Shown one piece after another: positions 1 to 6,428 of a DNA stretch of 15,720 bases (within the stretch, counting starts at the first letter, position 1; every line of letters begins with the position of its first letter). A program made the position numbers and the translations under genes. Source of the stretch: Promethearchaeota archaeon (GTDB lineage: Archaea; Asgardarchaeota; Lokiarchaeia; Sigyniarchaeales; SOKP01); NCBI GenBank assembly GCA_048941265.1, contig JBHLNT010000097.1:1-15720 (forward strand), given 5' to 3'. The notes beneath the pieces were generated by a model. That model was given only the letters and a program-made list of their open reading frames with translations. It made no database searches and had not been told where the DNA came from.

Positions 1-195
1 AAAAATTAAAAATCTATACTTTATAAATAAATCATGAAATACGATTATTTAAAATTAGAGTAAAAAATTATTGTATCAAAATTATTCTGAGTATAACAAT
101 TTTGGCTTATACTATTTCTAAGAATATGCATTTTATAAGAGATACTATTCTATTATTAAAATAATAAAAAAAATTAATTAAAATAATAAGAAAAA

Positions 196-855
196 CTAAA
201 TTTTAAGAGATTTATTTTCTAATATTTCTACTTTTATACTGGGGTCTTTTTTGGCCATGAGTTCCTTATAATCATTCAAATTCTTGTCCCAATCTTGCCT
301 TTATATATGATTTATATATAAATTGTGCATTGGGATAAGAATTTCAGGTTTGATATCCAAAGCTGCCATACATGATTCTTCAAAATCCATGGTATAAGTT
401 CCCCCACAGGGCAGCATAGCTACAGTAATATCTTTTAGATCCTTCATTTCGGGTATTCTTTCAGTATCACCCGCGTGGTAGATGCGTTTTCCTTCAGTTT
501 CAATTATCATTCCTGCCCATTTACTACTCTGCGGATGTGTAGGTTTCTTTATTGTATATGATGGAACTAACTCAATTTTAATATCGTCCACTTCAAAAAC
601 TTCATGGAATTTTAGGCCTTTTCCATTAAATTTATCTAAATTTTTTGATATACTTTCGGGACCGATTAAAATTGTTGAATCTTTCATTAATTTTTTAATA
701 TCACCGCGTGAAAAATGATCTCCATGGGAATGTGAAGAAAAGATGATATCTGCTTTTTCTGCATCTCCGGGTACTTGATATGGATCCGTGTATATAACCT
801 TTCCACTTTCAGTTTTAATTTTAAAGCATGCGTGGTTTATCCAAAAAATTTCCAT
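196..855 (-). CDS. Metallo-beta-lactamase-fold metal-dependent hydrolase (UlaG/UPF0173-like), interrupted by a 30-nt intron; exons 855-324 and 293-196, 209 aa spliced
   Basis: Motifs HACF, TDP, SHSHGDH (HxHxDH), HAGDT, LPCGGTYTM and IPMH. The ORF track stops at TAA 303-301, but the same frame continues as WDKNLNDYKELMAKKDPSIKVEILENKSLKI to TAG at 198-196, which looks like the expected C-terminal helix and strand. Confidence 0.88.
294..323 (-). other. Predicted 30-nt bulge-helix-bulge intron in a protein-coding gene
   Basis: Minus strand: outer helix AAAUUCUU-a-UCCCAA (344-330) pairs with UUGGGA-c-AAGAAUUU (292-278); central helix UGCA/GGCA (3 bp plus A.G); bulges CA|A (325-323) and AG|A (295-293); 9-bp intron stem UUUAUAUAU/AUAUAUAAA with loop AAAUC. 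Contains an in-frame UAA. Confidence 0.85.
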
Positions 856-860
856 TCATT

Positions 861-867
861 TCACCTT
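861..867 (-). promoter_or_regulatory. Shine-Dalgarno site (AAGGTGA) of the MBL hydrolase gene
   Basis: Archaeal-type AGGTGA located 5 nt upstream of the ATG at 855. Confidence 0.6.
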
Positions 868-934
868 AATTGCTTTATAAAAAGATTTTTTTACTTATTT
901 TTAAGGCAAATAGTCATTTATAAGTTTCGTCATT

Positions 935-2746
935 TTAATTTTGAATCGGTTTTTTTTTCTTCAAAATTTCTAAACGGAGATTTTTAGCATCTTCAAAATT
1001 AGGATTGATTTCAAGACAACGAGTACAAATATCAAGAGCATTATCGAGACGATTTAACTTTAAAAATAATTTTGCTATATTATACCAGGCCTTACTATAA
1101 TTGGAATCAAGGTCTATGGATCTCTTAAAGAAATTCTTTGCTTGATCATAATCTCCAATATTAAAATATGCTAAACCAAGATCATTCCATAATATCGCGT
1201 TTTTGGGATTAAGCTCCAAAGCGTTTTTGCAGGCATAGATTGCTTTATTATATTCTCCTTTTTCATTATAAGCATAAGTGAGATATTCCCATCCCGCTAA
1301 GAATGTCGGATCTCTCTCTAAAGCTTGTTTATAGGATTTAATTGCTTGCTCTATATTGCCCGTCATTTTATAGGAATAACTTAACTTTTTCCAAGATTCA
1401 ATGGAGTTATTATCTATTGCTAGGGATTTATTAAAGATCTCAATTGCTTTATCATATTCATTAATTTCGGCGTAAATATTCCCAAGTTTATTTAATATTT
1501 CCATATTATTCGGATTTATTTCTAATGCTTTTTTATATGCATGAATCGCTTGTTCATAATCTTTTTCCTCAACATAAATATCACCAAGGGTTTTCCAAGG
1601 AATGATGTTATTTGGTTCAATTTCTAATGCTTTCTTATAGGCATCTTTAGCTTTTATATTATTCTTCTTCACTTGATAGAGATCCCCAAGAAAAATCCAA
1701 GATTTTTGATCATTTGGATTAATATCTACTGCTTTATTATAAGCAGCAATGGCTTTTTCATAGTTACTATCCAAAGTATATAAATTTCCTAAATTAATCC
1801 ATGCTTCTAAGAAGTTTGGATTTATTTCTATGGTTTTTTTATAAGCATCAATTGCATTTTTCAAATCATTTTTTCTTAAAAATATATTCCCCAGTTTATT
1901 CCAAGCTTCTACAAAATCGGAATTTACTTTTACTGCAGTTTTATATGTCTCAATTGCTTTTTCTAGATCATTTTTTTCATTATATACAGCACCCAACTCT
2001 TTCCATGCCTCTAAAAACTTCTCATCAATTTCTAAAACATTCTTATATGCATCTATTGCTTTCTTAAAATCTTTTAGTTTTCTATATGTAGAACCGAGAT
2101 TATTCCAAGCATTTAGAAATTTTGAATCAATTTTAATAGCTTTTTTAAAAGCGATTACTGCTTTATTTAATTCATTATTCTCTTTATATACTGTTCCTAA
2201 ATTATTCCATGCATCTATAAAATCTGAACTAATCTCTAAAGCTCTTTTAAATGCTTCAATGGCTTTATTTGGTTCATGAATGTTTTTATATACCAATCCA
2301 AGATTATTCCACGCCTTAATATATTTTGGATCGATATCAACTGCTTTAAGAAATGTCTCAATTGCCTCATTAAACAGTCCTGTGTCTATATATGACAATC
2401 CAAGATTATTTAATGCCTCTAAAAATTTAGGATTGATTTCCAAGACCTGCTTATATGCATTTATTGCATTATCAAATTCTTTTTTCTCAAAATAATGATT
2501 TGCATGATTAATAGCTAAAAATAATTTCAGCTCTTTAGCTCTTTTAATATATTCTTCAATCTTTTTTTCAGATCTCTCAGTTAATATCGGATTTCTATTA
2601 ATATTATTAAATTGCATTAACTTTTCGGCAGCAGCAAGATATTTCTTTATCGCTTGTTGATATTCATTATTTTTATCATGAACCAGAGCCTCATTTGCAT
2701 CGTTAATTGCATCTTTAAATAATTTTGAAATATCCATTTTTAACAT
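935..2746 (-). CDS. MIT-domain plus tetratricopeptide-repeat protein (about 15 TPRs); start may be the ATG at 2737
   Basis: 34-aa repeats of the form AWNNLG..Y......KAI.A(Y/F)KKA.EI(N/D)P. Residues ~9-74 align without gaps to the MIT domain of the Vps4 encoded in this window. Confidence 0.9.
   Translation of the reverse strand: MLKMDISKLFKDAINDANEALVHDKNNEYQQAIKKYLAAAEKLMQFNNINRNPILTERSEKKIEEYIKRAKELKLFLAINHANHYFEKKEFDNAINAYKQVLEINPKFLEALNNLGLSYIDTGLFNEAIETFLKAVDIDPKYIKAWNNLGLVYKNIHEPNKAIEAFKRALEISSDFIDAWNNLGTVYKENNELNKAVIAFKKAIKIDSKFLNAWNNLGSTYRKLKDFKKAIDAYKNVLEIDEKFLEAWKELGAVYNEKNDLEKAIETYKTAVKVNSDFVEAWNKLGNIFLRKNDLKNAIDAYKKTIEINPNFLEAWINLGNLYTLDSNYEKAIAAYNKAVDINPNDQKSWIFLGDLYQVKKNNIKAKDAYKKALEIEPNNIIPWKTLGDIYVEEKDYEQAIHAYKKALEINPNNMEILNKLGNIYAEINEYDKAIEIFNKSLAIDNNSIESWKKLSYSYKMTGNIEQAIKSYKQALERDPTFLAGWEYLTYAYNEKGEYNKAIYACKNALELNPKNAILWNDLGLAYFNIGDYDQAKNFFKRSIDLDSNYSKAWYNIAKLFLKLNRLDNALDICTRCLEINPNFEDAKNLRLEILKKKKPIQN
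990..2520 (-). repeat. Degenerate 102-bp coding tandem repeats (TPR units)
   Basis: Recurrent plus-strand motif resembling ttattcca(a/t/c)gc at about 102-nt spacing (near 1795, 1897, 2100, 2203, 2305). Boundaries are approximate. Confidence 0.7.
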
Positions 2747-2823
2747 TAAAATAAACTGACTTATAATGATATAAAAATTAAAAACAGACTATATAATATT
2801 ATTTCAGTCCAAATATTAAAAAA

Positions 2824-3198
2824 TCAATCCTTATCTTCTATCTTCCATTCTGGACTGGCTAAAGTACTTATTTTTGAAATATTTAATATTTCTGATTTTG
2901 ATACTTCAATCTGACCCAATCTTTCTTCTAACATTTTATTTTCAAAATTGGGTAATTCATTTAACAAATTAGGCGTTGAAATTATATTTATTGGAGTTTT
3001 GTGAGAATCAGACAAATTAGGTTTTGTTTCATTTATGAAATTTTCATTTTCCTTCTTATATAATCTAAAAAATGGAGCTTCTGGTTTTAATGGATTGAGA
3101 TATAGCTCACTTACTTTAGAGGGATTTTTTGGCAAAGAAAATCTCATAATACGACAAGATGGACAATTAATCTCATCAAGTCCGTGGATACATGGCAT
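2824..3198 (-). CDS. Small hypothetical protein with N-terminal CxH-x7-CxxC putative zinc site
   Basis: Begins MPCIHGLDEINCPSC; 124-aa ATG-started ORF filling the gap in the same orientation as its neighbours. Confidence 0.75.
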   Translation of the reverse strand: MPCIHGLDEINCPSCRIMRFSLPKNPSKVSELYLNPLKPEAPFFRLYKKENENFINETKPNLSDSHKTPINIISTPNLLNELPNFENKMLEERLGQIEVSKSEILNISKISTLASPEWKIEDKD

Positions 3199-3483
3199 TG
3201 TTAATCTTTTTTTAGTTTTGACTAAATTATTTATTCTTATAAATTAATATCTTCTTTTATTCTTTTTTATAATTTGATATTACATCTTGTTTTAAATTAG
3301 GTTAAATTTCAAAATTTTATCAAAATTTTTTAATCTATAAACTATGTTAATCCACATTGCGTACGACAAAATAATAAATTAGGAATCTAAATGTATATAT
3401 TGAAATAAGAGAATTAAAAATCATAAGTTTATTATTTATAGCAAATTTAATCTTTCACAATTCATTAGGACATTTAATAAATT

Positions 3484-4620
3484 ATGACTAAAGGTATAAT
3501 CTTATCTGGAGGTTGGGGTACTAGATTACGCCCACTCACTTGCACGATACCAAAAACCTTAATACCTGTGGTTAATAAACCTGTAATTGAACGGCAAATA
3601 CTTCTATTAAAGAGTGCAGGAGTAAAAGAATTAGTTCTTGCCGTAAGTGTAATGGGAGATGCATTAAAATATTATTTTAAAGATGGAGAAAAACTTGGAC
3701 TTAAAATTCATTATACTAATGAAAAAAATCCAATGGGAACTGCGGGAGCAATTAAATTAGCTGAAGATTTTTTAATAGATGACAATTTTTTCATGCTAAA
3801 TGGCGATGTCATATTAAATTTTGATTTTAAGGAAATGTTAGAATTTCATGAACATTCAAAAGGTATAGGAACAATAGCAAGTAAGATTGTTGAGAACCCA
3901 TCTAGATATGGAGTTTTAATAGTTGAAGAAAAATCCAAAAAAATCTTGAAGTTTCAAGAAAAGGAATTATTTACCTCTTTAAATGGTAAGCAAATTCCTA
4001 TGCCTATTAATGCAGGCGTCTATATCTTAGAGCCTGAGGTATTTTCTCACATTAAACCACATAAAAAGGTGTCAATTGAGAGAGAAATTTTCCCTCAACT
4101 TGCAAGTAATGGAAGATTATACCATTTTTCGATATCTGGAATTTGGAAAGATATTGGTAAGCCTGAAGAATTGTTGGAGGGTAATTTCCTCTTAATGCAA
4201 GATATTATAAAAAATCTAAAAGAAAAAAGAAATAACTTGATTGATGAAACTGTGAAATTAGAGGGAAAGGTTTTAATTTATCCTCCAGTTACCATTGGTC
4301 AGGATGTTGTAATTAGAAATAATTGTATTATTGGTCCTAATGTTGTAATTGGAGATAATGTCTACATTGATAAAAACACTGAAATTAAAGAATCATTAAT
4401 TTATAATGAAACTTATATTTCAAAATACGTTAAAATAGAAAAATCCATTATTTCTGATAATTGTCATATTCATGATGGTGCTATTTTAAAAGGTAATGAA
4501 CAAAATTTAGTAATTCTCGCCTCATATGTACACATATTAAAAAATATTAAACTTAATGCTTCCAAGACAGGTTCTATTTCTATTTGCCATCATGAAATAA
4601 TAAAAAGAGATATAAAATGA
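3484..4620 (+). CDS. NDP-sugar pyrophosphorylase (mannose-1-phosphate guanylyltransferase/GCD1-like) with C-terminal left-handed beta-helix
   Basis: ILSGGWGTRLRPLT..PK signature, GTAGAIK, LNGDV, INAGVY, WKDIGKP, then hexapeptide repeats (IGQDVVIRNNCIIGPNVVIGDNVYI). Confidence 0.92.
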   Translation: MTKGIILSGGWGTRLRPLTCTIPKTLIPVVNKPVIERQILLLKSAGVKELVLAVSVMGDALKYYFKDGEKLGLKIHYTNEKNPMGTAGAIKLAEDFLIDDNFFMLNGDVILNFDFKEMLEFHEHSKGIGTIASKIVENPSRYGVLIVEEKSKKILKFQEKELFTSLNGKQIPMPINAGVYILEPEVFSHIKPHKKVSIEREIFPQLASNGRLYHFSISGIWKDIGKPEELLEGNFLLMQDIIKNLKEKRNNLIDETVKLEGKVLIYPPVTIGQDVVIRNNCIIGPNVVIGDNVYIDKNTEIKESLIYNETYISKYVKIEKSIISDNCHIHDGAILKGNEQNLVILASYVHILKNIKLNASKTGSISICHHEIIKRDIK

Positions 4621-4656
4621 TTTTACAGTTTAGATTTTAATAATTATTTATTTTTT

Positions 4657-5265
4657 TTAGTTATTTTTCTCTTTAAATTTTTCAGCAATCAATTCCAAAT
4701 AGGATTTTCTTATGGAATCTTCTCGTTCTATACCAAATTGGCTTAAAAAGCTGAATAAAATATCTCTAGCGTTATCTAACTCATCATCAGTATCTACTTG
4801 CAATTCAACCTCAATAAAGTACTCTTTTAAAATGGGGATATAATCTATTAATGCTTCCACCAAATATTCTTTATAATTGAATTCATATAACTCTCTCTCT
4901 TTCTTTACGGTAAATATTTCTCTAAATCCTAATGATTTTAATATCAGTTTTAATTGTATACCATCACTAATTATGACTTCTAATTCATTGCGAGATTTAG
5001 TTAATGAATCTAGCTTTTTTCCCTTATAAGTTAAATAATACTTAATAATTCTCTTTTCTAAATCATTAATATCTTCTTGAAATTCGATAGATTTTCGAAT
5101 CCGTAGTGCTTCATCAGTTTTTTTAAAATCTCTTAATTCTATTGGCATATTAAAATATGTATCTTCATGCAATAATGAAAACTTATGAATACCATTCGAA
5201 TCTTCGAATTTTTTTCTCAAATCATCAGGATTTGAAACTTTAGCTTTAATTTCAACTTCGATCAG
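4657..5265 (-). CDS. cyaB: CYTH-domain protein (class IV adenylate cyclase/CyaB-like triphosphate tunnel metalloenzyme)
   Basis: Extending the track ORF upstream recovers the ExExK signature (IEVEIKAKV). Also HEDTYF, ALRIR, LTYKG, SRNELE, LGF...VKKER, FIEVE and RKSYLEL. Probable CTG start at 5265. Confidence 0.88.
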   Translation of the reverse strand: MIEVEIKAKVSNPDDLRKKFEDSNGIHKFSLLHEDTYFNMPIELRDFKKTDEALRIRKSIEFQEDINDLEKRIIKYYLTYKGKKLDSLTKSRNELEVIISDGIQLKLILKSLGFREIFTVKKERELYEFNYKEYLVEALIDYIPILKEYFIEVELQVDTDDELDNARDILFSFLSQFGIEREDSIRKSYLELIAEKFKEKNN

Positions 5266-5411
5266 GTAAAAGTCACTTTTTTATTTTTGATATGAATAGT
5301 AATTAACGATTTAATATTAATTAACAATTAAGATATTATAAGCATATCAATTTGAGCTGAAAATATATTAATATACAGGAACTTGCAAAGAAATATGGCT
5401 ATTTACCATAT

Positions 5412-6317
5412 ATGGTTGAAAGATATGTTGATTTTTTAGGTATGGATGAAACTATAAAACTTTTAGAAGCGAATGAGCTTCCCTTAACTCCTTCAATCAG
5501 AGTTAATACATTAAAAATAGAGGTTAATGAGTTAAAAAAAAGATTAGAAAATAAGGGTTTTAAATTAGAACCAATAGAATGGATACCATATGGTTTTAAA
5601 GTTCTCGAAGAGCCACTTAAATTAGGTTCGCTCCATGAATTTTTACAAGGTTATTTTTATATACAAAACACCGCTTCTATGCTCCCTCCAATTATTTTGG
5701 AACCAAAACCGAATGAAACAGTAATTGATATGTGTGCCGCGCCTGGAGGTAAGTCAACCCATTTAGCCCAGATTATGAATAATAAAGGAAAATTAATTTT
5801 AATAGAAAGGAATCAAAAAAGAATCCCTGCCTTAGAAATCAATATAAGAAGAATGGGAATCAAGAATTCGATAGTTCTTAATTTTGATGCCATACATATT
5901 TCTAAATTAAACGTTAAAGCTGATAAGATCCTATTAGATGCTCCCTGTACAGGGGAAGGTTTGATTAGAGAGGATAAACACAGAAAAAAAAGTAAAAATA
6001 TAAATGATATTAATAAAATGGCTTCTATTCAGAAAAAACTATTAAAAGCGGGTTTAAATTCATTAAAAACAGGAGGGTTATTACTTTATAGCACATGTTC
6101 TATAGCACCTGAGGAAAATGAGATAGTAATCAATGAAGTAATTCAAAATAATCCTAAATTTTCAATAGTAAATATAAATAATCAATATGGGGCAAATGGA
6201 CTTACTAAAGTATATGAATATCTCTTAGATAATCAATTAGAACATTCACAAAGAATCTATCCACATCTTCATGATACAATTGGATTTTTTATTTGCCTTA
6301 TTACGAAAATAGACTAA
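5412..6317 (+). CDS. NOL1/NOP2/Sun-family RNA cytosine-C5 methyltransferase; true start probably ~15 codons upstream (5367)
   Basis: IRVNTLK, G.FYIQ..ASM, DMCAAPGGKS, LLDAPCTGEG and YSTCSIAPEENE (both catalytic Cys present), GFFI. Confidence 0.93.
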   Translation: MVERYVDFLGMDETIKLLEANELPLTPSIRVNTLKIEVNELKKRLENKGFKLEPIEWIPYGFKVLEEPLKLGSLHEFLQGYFYIQNTASMLPPIILEPKPNETVIDMCAAPGGKSTHLAQIMNNKGKLILIERNQKRIPALEINIRRMGIKNSIVLNFDAIHISKLNVKADKILLDAPCTGEGLIREDKHRKKSKNINDINKMASIQKKLLKAGLNSLKTGGLLLYSTCSIAPEENEIVINEVIQNNPKFSIVNINNQYGANGLTKVYEYLLDNQLEHSQRIYPHLHDTIGFFICLITKID

Positions 6318-6428
6318 TTTTGTGTTATAAATAAAAAATTAGCTAAATAAAAATAGATTTAAATTCAAGATCTTATATACATAATTTACAAAAATTTTTT
6401 TTAAAAATAATTTTAGCAGGGAATAGAT

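Noticed and set aside
1-195. Gene or element in the leftmost AT-rich segment
   Set aside because: Only very short ORFs and no convincing structure; TATA-like words are uninformative at this AT content.
196-855. MBL hydrolase as a nonsense pseudogene or stop-readthrough gene
   Set aside because: The stop lies inside a self-contained 30-nt hairpin insert with BHB geometry whose rule-based removal restores the frame. UAA is not a Sec or Pyl codon.
990-2520. Periodic DNA repeats as a CRISPR array
   Set aside because: The 102-bp period, degenerate units and continuous ORF are explained by TPR coding; no cas genes are present.
3962-3999. Long hairpin (AGGAAUU..UUUACC / GGUAAG..AAUUCCU) in a variable loop of the NDP-sugar pyrophosphorylase as a second mRNA intron
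   Set aside because: No pair of 3-nt bulges around a 4-bp helix, and the reading frame is uninterrupted.
5351-5389. BHB-like fold around the palindrome TATATTAATATA upstream of the Nop2-like gene
   Set aside because: Rule-based excisions of 18 or 20 nt still leave an in-frame TGA and supply no start codon; the geometry is imperfect and the sequence is AT-rich.
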